Both the position numbers and the translations under genes were made by a program. Source: an uncultured Acidimicrobiaceae bacterium (lineage in GTDB: Bacteria > Actinomycetota > Acidimicrobiia > Spongiisociales > ZC4RG35). Taken from it: DNA of 49,939 nt. The notes beneath the pieces are model-generated. The model had not been told where the DNA came from. It was given only the letters and a program-made list of their open reading frames with translations, and made no database searches. Each line of letters opens with the position of its first letter. Within the stretch, counting starts at the first letter, position 1. This document shows, in pieces, positions 10,193 to 19,814 of this stretch. The stretch lies in the NCBI GenBank assembly GCA_964617995.1, contig CAZTXD010000007.1, positions 1 through 49,939 of the forward strand, written 5' to 3'.

Positions 10193-10225
10193 GGGAGCTC
10201 CCTTCTGCTCCTGTCGGCCGGTTCT

Positions 10226-10238
10226 GTGTATTATGCAC
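10226..10238. promoter_or_regulatory. Candidate GntR operator (copy 2), overlapping a CATAAT -10-like hexamer on the minus strand
   Basis: Imperfect palindrome GTGTATTATGCAC just upstream of the binding-protein gene. Confidence 0.5.
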
Positions 10239-10513
10239 GACCTGGCGAGCCAATGACGCCCCGAGTCGAGTTTTCTTGTCCGTTGTGACCGATCCGTCGG
10301 GGCCCATCGGACTCTTCCCGGCAGGTCGGGTCGGTGTCCTCCGAGTAGGAAGAGGGCTAGGTCGATCACGGTGCTGCAACGCAGAAGCTGCGCGTGGTGC
10401 TGCCGCATTTGGTGATGGTGGATTCGACGAGTGCGGTGAACTCCGTGTTCTGGCAGGCAGAGGTGTTCGAGCGCCGGACATCCCGATCGGGAGAGAGAGC
10501 CCTCTCAGTGCTG

Positions 10514-11518
10514 CTACACGGAAAAAAGGTCGAGAAGCCGTTGAGCCTGGTGCTTGGCGGCCGGGCGAAGCACGGTGACTTGGACCCCAACTTCCCGATA
10601 GCGGTCGACTTTCTCCCTCACCTCGTCGGGAGTGCCCGACGCCGTCATGCCTTCGACGTAGCTGTCCGGAACCGCTTCGACGAGGGCTTGCTTTCCTCCC
10701 CGCTCCCAGGCTTCTTCGAACTCGGGGATGTCCTCTTCGCGGATGTAGGGCTCGCCGACCCGCATCTTCGGTCCGGCGATGAAAGGAAGCTGGATCGGGT
10801 CGAACTTGGTGGCGACCTCCCAGCGGACCTGATCCAGCGCCGTTGCATGGTCGTCCTCGATGGAGCAGTTGACTATCTGTGCGACGATGAAGTCGCCCCA
10901 GTTGCGGCCTGCCTCTTCCAGGGACTCACGGACTATGGCGATGGCGTTGGCCGAGTACTCCGGCGAGCACACAGCGTTCAGCATCACACCGTCACCGATC
11001 TTGCCGGCGAGTCGCAATCCGGTGGTGCTGGTGGCGGGGATGAGGAATGGGATGTGATCCCGGACCGGCTCGAAACCGAGTTGGGCGTTGTCGAAGCTGA
11101 CGACATCACCGTGGTAGGAGGCGTTCTGGCCGCTGATGACCAGACGCATCGCCTCGACCCATTCACGGAGTGTCGTGGGAGGCGAGATCGGCTCCAGCCC
11201 ATAGCGGCTGGCGTGGGTGTTCGTGCATGCGCCGGGTGACAGGATCATTCGACCGCCCGTGATCTCGTCGAGCGAAGCGATGGTTTGGGCCATGACCAAC
11301 GGATTGCGGATCCGGACGGTCTGAGTTGCGCCGAGAGTCATTCGCTCCGTTGCCAAGCCGGCCGCGGTCAACGCAGAGACGGAATCCCGGTTGAGCTCGA
11401 TCGTCTCCGAGAAGAACCCCATCACGAACCCGCGTTCGTCCGCCTTCTTCATCCAGTCGGCGATCTCCCGAACGTTCATGTTCGGGTCATAGCCGGTGGC
11501 GAATCCGACTCCCTGCAT
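10514..11518 (-). CDS. LLM (luciferase-like) flavin/F420-dependent oxidoreductase
   Basis: AAGLATERMTLG, RNPLVMAQTIASLDEITGGRMIL, LRLAGKIGDGV, SGTPDEV. ATG 11518 after a GAGGTGG RBS. Confidence 0.9.
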   Translation of the reverse strand: MQGVGFATGYDPNMNVREIADWMKKADERGFVMGFFSETIELNRDSVSALTAAGLATERMTLGATQTVRIRNPLVMAQTIASLDEITGGRMILSPGACTNTHASRYGLEPISPPTTLREWVEAMRLVISGQNASYHGDVVSFDNAQLGFEPVRDHIPFLIPATSTTGLRLAGKIGDGVMLNAVCSPEYSANAIAIVRESLEEAGRNWGDFIVAQIVNCSIEDDHATALDQVRWEVATKFDPIQLPFIAGPKMRVGEPYIREEDIPEFEEAWERGGKQALVEAVPDSYVEGMTASGTPDEVREKVDRYREVGVQVTVLRPAAKHQAQRLLDLFSV

Positions 11519-11541
11519 CTTCCACCTCTCCACGTCCGTGA

Positions 11542-11559
11542 TATATCAACGTTAAGATA
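11542..11559. promoter_or_regulatory. MarR (UrtR/PecS/TamR-type) operator, copy 1
   Basis: TATATCAACGTTAAGATA, 14/18 palindromic, between the divergent LLM and marR genes. Confidence 0.75.
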
Positions 11560-11597
11560 ACAGGATGGGGGAGGATGTCAGATAGCATCGGGTAGGC

Positions 11598-12140
11598 GTG
11601 GAACATCTCGACTACGTTGATCAGCTGATCGCCCAGTGGCGACGTCAGCGGCCCGCCCTCGACGTCAGCACCATGGGTGTGATCGGTCGGATCTCACGTC
11701 TGTCCCGTCTGCTGGAGCGACGGATAGAGGAGGTGTTCGCCGCTCACGGACTGCAAGGAGGCCGCTTCGACGTACTCGCCGCTTTGGTGCGAGCGGGGGA
11801 GCCCCACCGTCTCACACCCACACAGCTGTACAACTCCCTGCTCGTCTCATCCGGGGCGATAACCAACCGGATCGATCGTTTGGTCGATGAGGGGCTCGTG
11901 ACCAGGGGCGCAAGCGTCAGTGATCGGCGGAGCATGCCGGTTCAGTTGACGGAAACCGGGCGTGATCTACTCGACGAGGCCCTCATCGCTCACCTCAAGA
12001 ATGAAGAGGAGCTGATCGCGGTGCTCGAGCCCCGTGAGCGCGAGCTGCTCGCCCAGATCCTCCGGGGTTGGCTCATCGCCCTCGGTGACCTGCACCATCC
12101 GGTCGACGCGGTCGACGACGCGGCCGGTCTCTCCGAATAG
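11598..12140 (+). CDS. MarR family regulator, UrtR/TamR subfamily
   Basis: N-terminal helix DQLIAQWRRQRPALD, FDVLAALVR, SSGAITNRIDRL, SDRRS: the W/D/R/R signature of urate-responsive MarRs. Confidence 0.92.
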   Translation: MEHLDYVDQLIAQWRRQRPALDVSTMGVIGRISRLSRLLERRIEEVFAAHGLQGGRFDVLAALVRAGEPHRLTPTQLYNSLLVSSGAITNRIDRLVDEGLVTRGASVSDRRSMPVQLTETGRDLLDEALIAHLKNEEELIAVLEPRERELLAQILRGWLIALGDLHHPVDAVDDAAGLSE

Positions 12141-12168
12141 CCCGGGTCGGGCGGTGTCGCTGGTGTGC

Positions 12169-12300
12169 CGAACCCCGGGTTGTAGACACCGCATGTGCGG
12201 GTCCACAGCCCACAGATCAGCCCGACGTCAGAGACCGGGGCGAACCCCGGGTTGTAGACCCCGCATATGTCGGCCTGGAACCCAGGGTTCCACATCCCGC
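12169..12300. repeat. Short intergenic direct repeats (29 bp x2 plus a degenerate third copy)
   Basis: CGAACCCCGGGTTGTAGACACCGCATGTG (12169-12197) and CGAACCCCGGGTTGTAGACCCCGCATATG (12241-12269). GAACCCAGGGTT at 12278. Confidence 0.8.
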
Positions 12301-12353
12301 CCCCTGACTCGCATCGACCGCATCACGGGCGGGTCGAACTCAGGGAGAGAGGT

Positions 12354-14021
12354 TCAGGTGACTGGGTCTCTCTCCAAGTTGCCCTGGTCGTCGACGTGGA
12401 CCCCGTAGTCGGATAGAGCGCGCCCGGCTGTGACGAGGCCCTCGGCCACGTCGGCCGCAACCGCGGCCGGGTCACGTTCAGTGGGGTCGTAGAAGCCACC
12501 TCCTCCGGGGAGTTCGAGGATGTACCTGGTTCCTGCGGGCAGCCGGTTGCTCAGTTTGGGGTTCCTGCTCTCTCCGACCGAGGTGGAGAACCCCCCGCGT
12601 CCCCCCTCCCGGCCGCCCATGTACCCCTCGGCCGGGAACCGGAGGCGATCCGACAGTGACGAAACGACGAACGCTTCACCTGTGCGGACTTCGACTTCGA
12701 TCCGCTGGCCCAATCCCCCGCGGTACTTCCCCGGTCCACCGGAATCCGGCCGGAGTTCCTTGTGCCGGAAGACCAGGGGTGAGGTCGTCTCTGTTATCTC
12801 TACCGGAGCGGTGGCTATGCCGCTGGGGAAGCTCGTCGTGGAAGGTCCGTCCTGATCGGGTCGTGCTCCCATGCCGCCGGAGGCGAAGAAGACCGTTACG
12901 AAGCGATTCTCTCCCGCTCCGCGTGTGGTCGTGAGCCACACGTTGCCGGCGCCTTCCGCGATGACCCGCTCGGGGATCACATCCGCCAGGGCACCGAGGA
13001 CGGCGTGAGGGAGGAAGTGCCCCACGATGTGGCGAGCCGCCACCGCTGCCGGGAACCGTGGATTGAGGATGCTGCCTTCCGGGGCGGTGACCGTCACCGG
13101 TTGAAAGCTCCCGTCGTTGTGAGGGACTTCCGGGGAGATGGCGCACTTGAGGGCGTAGGAGGTATAGGCGGCGGTGTAGTTCAACACGACGTTCATGCCG
13201 CGACTGACCTGAGGTGAACTGCCCGAGTAGTCGACCGTTATCTCATCGTCCGCAATCGTCACCTGACATGAGATCTTCACGGGCTCATCGATGCCATCGG
13301 TGTGGATCACCTTGTGATAGGTGCCGTCCGGGATCTCTCGGATCGCTGCCCGCGTCGCTTGCTCGGAGCGCCCCCGGATCTCGCGGCTCAGCTCTTCCAG
13401 GTCTTCCAGCTCGAACTCTTCCAGGTACTCCACCAGCCGGGTGGCCCCGACCTGGTTGCCGGCGACCTGGGCGTGTATGTCGCCGACCACTTCCCGTGGG
13501 GCACGTACGTTGGCCTTCACAATCTTGAAGAGCTCCTCATTGGGCTCGCCACCGTCGTAGAGCTTCGTGATCGGTATCGCCAGGCCCTCCTCGAACACCT
13601 CGTTTGCGTCTGCGGAAAGGCCCCGGCCGCCTATGTCGACTGCGTGACAGCAGTTGCCGAAGAACCCGATCAGCCTGGGACCGGAGAAAACGGGTGTGAC
13701 GACGGACAGGTCGTTGAGCTGGCCGGACGTCTGCCAGGGATCGTTGGTGATCAGCACGTCTCCCGGCTGAAGAGCGTGTCCCGGGTATGCCGCCAGGAAA
13801 TGGTGCATCGACGTGGCGAGCGAGTTGATGTGCCCCGGTGTCCCGGTGACGGCCTGAGCCAGCATCCGACCGTCGGTATCGAAGACGGCCGCCGACAGAT
13901 CACCGGACTCTCTCACGATCGGTGTGAACGAGGTGCGCTGGAGTGCCGCGGCCTGTTCGTTCGCAACTGTGATCAGCCGCGTCCACAGGATCTCGAGCGT
14001 GACAGGGTCGATCTCAGCCAT
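12354..14021 (-). CDS. Hydantoinase B / 5-oxoprolinase subunit B
   Basis: DPVTLEILW, RTSFTPIVRESGDLS, PGDVLITNDPW, HAVDIGG, EEGLAIP, DSGGPGKYRGGLG, PGGGG. Confidence 0.95.
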   Translation of the reverse strand: MAEIDPVTLEILWTRLITVANEQAAALQRTSFTPIVRESGDLSAAVFDTDGRMLAQAVTGTPGHINSLATSMHHFLAAYPGHALQPGDVLITNDPWQTSGQLNDLSVVTPVFSGPRLIGFFGNCCHAVDIGGRGLSADANEVFEEGLAIPITKLYDGGEPNEELFKIVKANVRAPREVVGDIHAQVAGNQVGATRLVEYLEEFELEDLEELSREIRGRSEQATRAAIREIPDGTYHKVIHTDGIDEPVKISCQVTIADDEITVDYSGSSPQVSRGMNVVLNYTAAYTSYALKCAISPEVPHNDGSFQPVTVTAPEGSILNPRFPAAVAARHIVGHFLPHAVLGALADVIPERVIAEGAGNVWLTTTRGAGENRFVTVFFASGGMGARPDQDGPSTTSFPSGIATAPVEITETTSPLVFRHKELRPDSGGPGKYRGGLGQRIEVEVRTGEAFVVSSLSDRLRFPAEGYMGGREGGRGGFSTSVGESRNPKLSNRLPAGTRYILELPGGGGFYDPTERDPAAVAADVAEGLVTAGRALSDYGVHVDDQGNLERDPVT

Positions 14022-16086
14022 CGATCCGCGCCTCCAGGTTTCCGACCTCGTCGACGATGACCGTCCCTCCGGGTCCGATCACGACCGTAGATTCCCGCTC
14101 CTCGACCACGCATGGGCCTTTGAGGATCGTCCCGGGTTCGAGACTGTATCTGTCGTAGACGTCTCCCGTGACCAACCCCTTCGTCTCGGCGAACCACATC
14201 TTCCGGGTTCCCTTGAGTGCCGTGTCCGAGGGGGTGTGCAAGCTGCTCACCTGGGGCCGGGGCGATTCGCCACTGACTCGTACCCGCCAGGTGAGGACCT
14301 CGGCTTCTACATCCGGCGGGCGGGAGCCGAAGAGCCGCAGGTACTCGGTCAGGAACCGTTGGTTCACCACCTCCCCGTCCAGTCCACTCGGTTCGGTCGC
14401 CAACTCGACCGTGATGCTGTCTCCCTGACCCTGGTATCGGATATCGGCGGCGATGAGAACCGCCATGCTCGCTGCGCTGCCGCCCGTGGCTTCGAGCTCG
14501 GATTTCCCGGCTTCGATCATCTCGCGGAGAGCGGCCCGGAGGTCGATCCAGTCGATGCCCGGGACAGTCGACGGAAGGCTGCGTGCGAACTCGAAAGCTG
14601 GTGGTGCAGTGAGCATCCCGAACGCGGAACCCACCCCGGCATGGGGAGGAAACACGATGTGGTCGATCCCGAGTGCCCTCGCCACGCCCCACGCGTGGAC
14701 CGGTCCGGCCCCTCCGGTCGCTACCAGGGTGAATGGCCGCAGGTCCTTGCCGCGCTCGATGGCGTGCATGCGAGCGGCGTTGGCCATGTTCTCGTTGACG
14801 ACCCGATGGATGGCAGCCGCCGTGTCGATGGTCGACAGTCCCAACCCGGCACCCAGCTCGGCTATCGCCTCCTCGGCCGAGACCATGTCCAGGCTCATCT
14901 GGCCCCCCAGGAAGAAGTCGGGATTGAGGTAGCCGAGGACCAGGTCTGCATCCGTTACCGTCGGTTGATCCCCCCCGAGTCCATAGCACGCTGGTCCCGG
15001 ATCGGATGCCGCGCTGTCCGGCCCCACCTTGGGAAGGCCGAAGGGTCCAACGCGGGCAATACTCCCTCCGCCTGCGCCGATCTCGAGGAGATCGACCACT
15101 GGAACGCGGATAGGCATCCCGCTTCCCTTGGTGAATCGGTAGACGCGGGCTGCTTCGTGCTCGCGGGCGATCAGCGGCGTACCATCCTCCACCAACCCCG
15201 CCTTGGCCGTGGTTCCGCCCATGTCGAAGGCGAGGACGTCCTGCGTTCCGCCTCTGGACCCAAAGAATGCCGCAGCCAGAACCCCGGCCGCCGGCCCCGA
15301 CTCGAGGAGTCTGATGGGGAACTTCCGGGCGGTATCAGTCGTGGCCAGGCCACCGGTCGAGAGCATTATGTGAAGCGGTGCCTCGATCCCGTCGTCCTGG
15401 AGATTCTTTTCCAGCTGCCGTAGGTACCTATCGAAGATGGGAAGCACATACGCGTTCGCCACGGTGGTCGAGGTTCGGTGATACTCGCCGACCTCCGGGG
15501 AGACATCGCTCGATAGCGTCACGGCGATCTCGGGCAATTCCCGTTTCAGTGCATCGGCGGCGGCTCGTTCGTGGTCGGGATGTCGATAGGCATGGAGAAA
15601 GCACACCGCCACCGCTTCCACGCCATCCTCCTGAAGAGACGGGATCAACGCCGAAACCTCGTCGAGGCGTATCGGCCTGTCCACCGTGCCGTCGGCGAGG
15701 ACCCGCTCGTCGATCCCGTATCGTCGACGTCTCGGCACCAAGGGCTCCGGCATCTGGATGAACAGGTCATACATGTCGTACCGCTGCTCCTTGCCGGAGG
15801 TGAGAACATCCCTGAACCCCTTGGTCGTGATCAGGGCTATGACGGCGCCTCTCCGCTCGATGAGGGAGTTCGTGACCAGTGTTGTTCCGTGAACGACCTC
15901 AGCCACCGACTCACGGCGCCAGCCGGAGAGCAGCTCTCTGATCCCGGTCGCTACTCCGTCTGACGGATCGGGGTAGGTAGTCAGCGTCTTCGCCGTGGCG
16001 ACGAGCAGGTCGTCCTGGTGGAGTACCAGGTCGGTGAACGTGCCGCCGATGTCGACGGCGACGCGCAGCGAATCCACATTCGTCAT
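14014..16086 (-). CDS. Hydantoinase A / 5-oxoprolinase subunit A (ATP-binding)
   Basis: DIGGTFTD, HGTTLVTN, ESGPAAG, DMGGTTAK, IGAGGGSIA, GPDSAASDPGPACY, TVTDAD. Confidence 0.96.
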   Translation of the reverse strand: MTNVDSLRVAVDIGGTFTDLVLHQDDLLVATAKTLTTYPDPSDGVATGIRELLSGWRRESVAEVVHGTTLVTNSLIERRGAVIALITTKGFRDVLTSGKEQRYDMYDLFIQMPEPLVPRRRRYGIDERVLADGTVDRPIRLDEVSALIPSLQEDGVEAVAVCFLHAYRHPDHERAAADALKRELPEIAVTLSSDVSPEVGEYHRTSTTVANAYVLPIFDRYLRQLEKNLQDDGIEAPLHIMLSTGGLATTDTARKFPIRLLESGPAAGVLAAAFFGSRGGTQDVLAFDMGGTTAKAGLVEDGTPLIAREHEAARVYRFTKGSGMPIRVPVVDLLEIGAGGGSIARVGPFGLPKVGPDSAASDPGPACYGLGGDQPTVTDADLVLGYLNPDFFLGGQMSLDMVSAEEAIAELGAGLGLSTIDTAAAIHRVVNENMANAARMHAIERGKDLRPFTLVATGGAGPVHAWGVARALGIDHIVFPPHAGVGSAFGMLTAPPAFEFARSLPSTVPGIDWIDLRAALREMIEAGKSELEATGGSAASMAVLIAADIRYQGQGDSITVELATEPSGLDGEVVNQRFLTEYLRLFGSRPPDVEAEVLTWRVRVSGESPRPQVSSLHTPSDTALKGTRKMWFAETKGLVTGDVYDRYSLEPGTILKGPCVVEERESTVVIGPGGTVIVDEVGNLEARIDG

Positions 16087-16106
16087 GGTTGTCCGGGTAA
16101 CGCTAG

Positions 16107-16124
16107 CATCTCAACGTCAAGATA
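16107..16124. promoter_or_regulatory. MarR (UrtR-type) operator, copy 2
   Basis: CATCTCAACGTCAAGATA, 15/18 identical to 11542-11559, in the hydantoinase A / SDR divergent gap. Confidence 0.75.
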
Positions 16125-16163
16125 CTTGTCGCGACAGCTCACGTCATATGGGACGGCCAGCGG

Positions 16164-16916
16164 ATGTGGGAAATTGACCTGTCGGGCGCCACGGCGCTCG
16201 TGACCGGAGCCAGCAGGGGTATAGGGCGAGCGATCGCTTTGGGACTGGCCCATGCCGGGGCGGACGTTGTTGGTGTGGCCCGATCGGAAGAGGCGCTGGC
16301 TGAGTTGTGCGCCGACATAGAGAGCGCCGGTTCGACGTGCTCACCGGTGGTCGCCGACCTGGCCGGCATCGATTCGATCGCGAAGGTGGCGGATGCCGGC
16401 TGGGGATGGAAACACGGTGTCGACATACTCGTGAATGCTGCCGGGTTGATCATCCGCCACGACCCACCCGACGTGACCCCGGAGGATTTCGACCGGGTGA
16501 TGGCCGTCAATGTGCGGGCTCCATTTCTCCTCACCCAGGAGGTCGGATGGCGGATGCGAGAGCGAGGCAATGGCTGCATCGTCAACGTCGCTTCCGTTGC
16601 CGGGGAAGAGGTGACGGGTGCCCCGCTGATGTATCAGGCGAGCAAGGCTGCACTGATCCATCTCACTCGTGGCTTCGCCGCCCGCCTGGCTCCTCAGGTT
16701 CGGGTGAATGCGGTCGGCCCCGGGTACATCCGCACGAGCCTGAACGAGGAGTGGCTGAGCCACGAGGACAACCTGCGCTGGGTCGAGGAGCGCACCGCTT
16801 CCCGGCGAGTGGGCGTGCCCGACGACGTCGTAGGAGCCGTGCTCTTCCTCGCCTCTCCGGCTGCCTCCTACATAAATGGTCAGCATCTGAGGATCGATGG
16901 AGGATGGGGCATCTAG
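16164..16916 (+). CDS. Short-chain dehydrogenase/reductase
   Basis: TGASRGIG, VNAAG, YQASK, VRVNAVGPG.I.T, DGG. Confidence 0.95.
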   Translation: MWEIDLSGATALVTGASRGIGRAIALGLAHAGADVVGVARSEEALAELCADIESAGSTCSPVVADLAGIDSIAKVADAGWGWKHGVDILVNAAGLIIRHDPPDVTPEDFDRVMAVNVRAPFLLTQEVGWRMRERGNGCIVNVASVAGEEVTGAPLMYQASKAALIHLTRGFAARLAPQVRVNAVGPGYIRTSLNEEWLSHEDNLRWVEERTASRRVGVPDDVVGAVLFLASPAASYINGQHLRIDGGWGI

Positions 16917-16919
16917 AGG

Positions 16920-17837
16920 ATGGGGATTCTTCTCGGCCTCGCCGCGGGATTCTGTTTCTCCGTTGCTTCGATCCTCGCTCGTTTCGGGATGCGTTCCCGG
17001 AGCCGGGACGACGGACTGTTCATGAGCATCCTCATGAACCTCCTCGTGCTGGGAGGCCTGACTTTCGTGATCAACTTGCCGGCATGGACTACCGAGGGCG
17101 TGGTCGCTTTGGCCGCCGGAGGGGTACTGGGAACGTTTGGGGGTAGGGCCACCAATCTCCGGGCCGTCCGCATCATCGGCCCCAGCCGGGCCAACGCCTT
17201 CCTCACCGGCGGCCCCCTGGTTGCCGCCATCGGGGGCTGGATCGTGCTCGACGAGCGGATCTCGCTGCTGGGCGGGTTCGGGGGCCTGCTTGTCCTGACC
17301 GGCCTTTATCGGATCGTGAGATCTCGCAGCACGGCGGTGGCGTTGAGCACGCCCGATGCCGCCACCGCAGACAACCCGGAGCCGCAACCCGGGCATGACC
17401 CCTCGGTCGGCTTCGCCCTGGCGATGACGGCGCCGGTCCTGTTCGGCCTGGCGTTCGTGGTGCGAAAGTGGGGCCTGGTGTTCTTCCCATCGGCGATCGG
17501 CGGAGCCTTCATCGGCGCGGCGGCGGGCATGTCGGTGCAGGTTCTGGGTGACACCGTGACAGGGCAGATCGGGCGTCGGATGCGTGAGAACCTGCGGGGA
17601 GTCCCCTGGTGGTTCGTGGGTGCCGGCGCCTTCACCAGTGCCGCTCTGATTGCTCAGTTCTTCGCTTTCGACTATCTCCCCGCCTGGGTGGTGAGTCTCC
17701 TGCAGGGAACCCAGGTTCTGTGGACTCTCCTCCTGGCGGCCATCGTGTTGAAGCGTGAGGAGCGAATCGACGCGAACCTCATAGGTTCGACCGTTCTCGT
17801 ATTCATCGGAGTGGCAGCGATCACGAGTCAGTATTGA
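16920..17837 (+). CDS. EamA/DMT family transporter
   Basis: About 10 TM segments in two repeats, each ending ...WIVLDERI / ...IVLKREERI. Confidence 0.85.
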   Translation: MGILLGLAAGFCFSVASILARFGMRSRSRDDGLFMSILMNLLVLGGLTFVINLPAWTTEGVVALAAGGVLGTFGGRATNLRAVRIIGPSRANAFLTGGPLVAAIGGWIVLDERISLLGGFGGLLVLTGLYRIVRSRSTAVALSTPDAATADNPEPQPGHDPSVGFALAMTAPVLFGLAFVVRKWGLVFFPSAIGGAFIGAAAGMSVQVLGDTVTGQIGRRMRENLRGVPWWFVGAGAFTSAALIAQFFAFDYLPAWVVSLLQGTQVLWTLLLAAIVLKREERIDANLIGSTVLVFIGVAAITSQY

Positions 17838-17847
17838 AGGAGCAGGG

Positions 17848-19011
17848 ATGAAGCCCGTGTCGACGTCGGTGGGCTCGTTGCAGCGTTCGGGGATCCGCGC
17901 AGTGATGGATATCGCCTTTCGCACCCCCGGCGTTCTGAGGCTCGAAGTGGGCGATCCGGACTTTCCCACCCCACCCCACATCGTCGAGGCTGCGGTCGCG
18001 GCGGCCCGGAGCGGCTACACCCATTACACGCCCAGTCGAGGCCTGGCCGAGGTGCGAGCGGTGATGGCCGACAAGATCTCCTCCTTCAACGGCATCGACG
18101 TGGGCGCGGAGGATGTAGTGGTGACCGCTGGCGGCGGTCACGCCCTGTTCTCGGTGTATCGAGGCTTGACAGATCCAGGGGATGCGGTTCTGGTACCCGA
18201 TCCCGGCTGGCCCAACTACAGGACGATTGCCGCCCTGTGTGAGTTGGAGGTCATCGGTTATCCGTTGATGCGCAATGAGGGGTTCACGCCCGACCTGGAA
18301 CGGGTAGATCGTCTCCTCTCTGAAACTCCGGGCATCAAGCTGATGGTGGTGAACAGTCCTGGCAACCCAACAGGGGCGGTCTGGCCGGAGGAGACGCTTG
18401 GGTCGATAGTGGATCTGTGCTCGAAACATGATGTCTACTTGGTGTCCGATGAGTGCTACGAGGCGATCATCTTCGAGGGTCGCCACGTGAGCCCGGCCAC
18501 ATTGGATAACAGCGGGCGAACGGTGAGCGTCTTCACAGTCTCCAAGACCTACGCCATGACCGGCTGGCGGGTGGGCTATATGACCGGGTCCACAGGAGTC
18601 GTCGATGTCGTAGGAAAGGTCGTCGAGAATTCGGTTTCCTGCGCCTCCGCCGTGTCCCAGAAAGCAGCGGAAGCGGCGATTGCCGGTGACCAGACCCCGG
18701 TTGAACGGATGGTGGCCGAGTATCGAAGTCGTCGAGACCGAGCATTGACGTGTCTCGAGGAGGCAGGCCTCCGGGCTATCACCCCCAGAGGTGCGTTCTA
18801 CGTCATCGTGGAAGTGCCTACCGACGACACCGTTGCGTTCGCGCAGGATCTGGTGGCTGCTGAGGGGGTCACGGTCGCCCCGGGAGAGGCATTCGGGCCA
18901 CAGGGCGAGGGGATGGTGCGGCTCTCACTTGCTAGCCACCCGGAGACCATCGAGGAAGGTATACGGAGACTGGGGCGGTTCGTCGAGCAGTCCTCCAGCG
19001 GAGGGCGATAG
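17848..19011 (+). CDS. PLP-dependent class I/II aminotransferase (AspC-like)
   Basis: VGDPDF, NSPGNPTG, SDECY, SKTYAMTGWRVG. Confidence 0.95.
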   Translation: MKPVSTSVGSLQRSGIRAVMDIAFRTPGVLRLEVGDPDFPTPPHIVEAAVAAARSGYTHYTPSRGLAEVRAVMADKISSFNGIDVGAEDVVVTAGGGHALFSVYRGLTDPGDAVLVPDPGWPNYRTIAALCELEVIGYPLMRNEGFTPDLERVDRLLSETPGIKLMVVNSPGNPTGAVWPEETLGSIVDLCSKHDVYLVSDECYEAIIFEGRHVSPATLDNSGRTVSVFTVSKTYAMTGWRVGYMTGSTGVVDVVGKVVENSVSCASAVSQKAAEAAIAGDQTPVERMVAEYRSRRDRALTCLEEAGLRAITPRGAFYVIVEVPTDDTVAFAQDLVAAEGVTVAPGEAFGPQGEGMVRLSLASHPETIEEGIRRLGRFVEQSSSGGR

Positions 19012-19061
19012 AGGAGCATTCTCCTGAGGATCTGGACGACTTGGACGTGAGCGGTGAGCAG

Positions 19062-19814
19062 ATGATCGAGAACCCGACCAAGCGGCGGCTATACGAAGGC
19101 GAAGTCGCGATCGGTTGTTTCGTGCGGTCACCGGACGCCAACCTTGCCGAGTACGTCGCCACGGGGGGATGGGATTTCCTCGTGTTCGATGGAGAGCACG
19201 GTTGGGTGACTCCGGCTCATGTAGCGAACCTCGCCCGAGCCTGTGAGAGACGGGGAGTTACACCGATCGTGCGCGTTCCCAGCAGAGATCCAGGGACTGT
19301 TCTGCGCTGTCTGGATGCGGGCGCGGCGGGCCTCCACTTTCCCTGGGTCAACTCCGGGAAGGAGGCGCAGGCCGCGGTCTCGGTCACCAAGTATGCACCG
19401 CTGGGAATAAGGGGGTTGGCCGGCAACAGGGCGACCGATTGGTCCGTTACACGGGAGGCAACTGCGCACGTCAACGAGGCGACACTGGTGGTGGTGCAGA
19501 TCGAGACTCGGGAGGCGGTCGACAACATCGAGGAGCTGTGTTCGGTCGAGGGCATCGACGTGCTCTTCATTGGTCCATCAGACTTGTCCCAGAGCCTCGG
19601 AGTGCCAGGTGAACTGGATCATCCTGTGGTCGTCGACACCGTCGAACAGGTAGCTGCAGCAGTGACCAAGTCCGACAAGGTTCTCGGTCTTTTTGCCGGC
19701 ACCTCCGAGGCGGCGTCCCGGGGGCTGGAACTCGGGGCACGCTACATCGCCACAGGGTTCGAACCCCTGCTGCGCAGGGTGATGACGTCATTCATTGACC
19801 AGGTTCGTCCCTGA
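19062..19814 (+). CDS. HpcH/HpaI 2-keto-acid aldolase
   Basis: DGEHG, RCLDAGA, YAPLGIRG, QIET, FIGPSDLS. Confidence 0.93.
   Translation: MIENPTKRRLYEGEVAIGCFVRSPDANLAEYVATGGWDFLVFDGEHGWVTPAHVANLARACERRGVTPIVRVPSRDPGTVLRCLDAGAAGLHFPWVNSGKEAQAAVSVTKYAPLGIRGLAGNRATDWSVTREATAHVNEATLVVVQIETREAVDNIEELCSVEGIDVLFIGPSDLSQSLGVPGELDHPVVVDTVEQVAAAVTKSDKVLGLFAGTSEAASRGLELGARYIATGFEPLLRRVMTSFIDQVRP

Noticed and set aside
10193-10513. Possible TPP riboswitch upstream of the NMT1-like binding protein
   Set aside because: Only an isolated CTGAGA on the minus strand, with no CCTGA...TAAT...GCG.AGG core.
12169-12300. Mini CRISPR array
   Set aside because: Only two good repeats, an irregular third copy, and no cas genes or leader.
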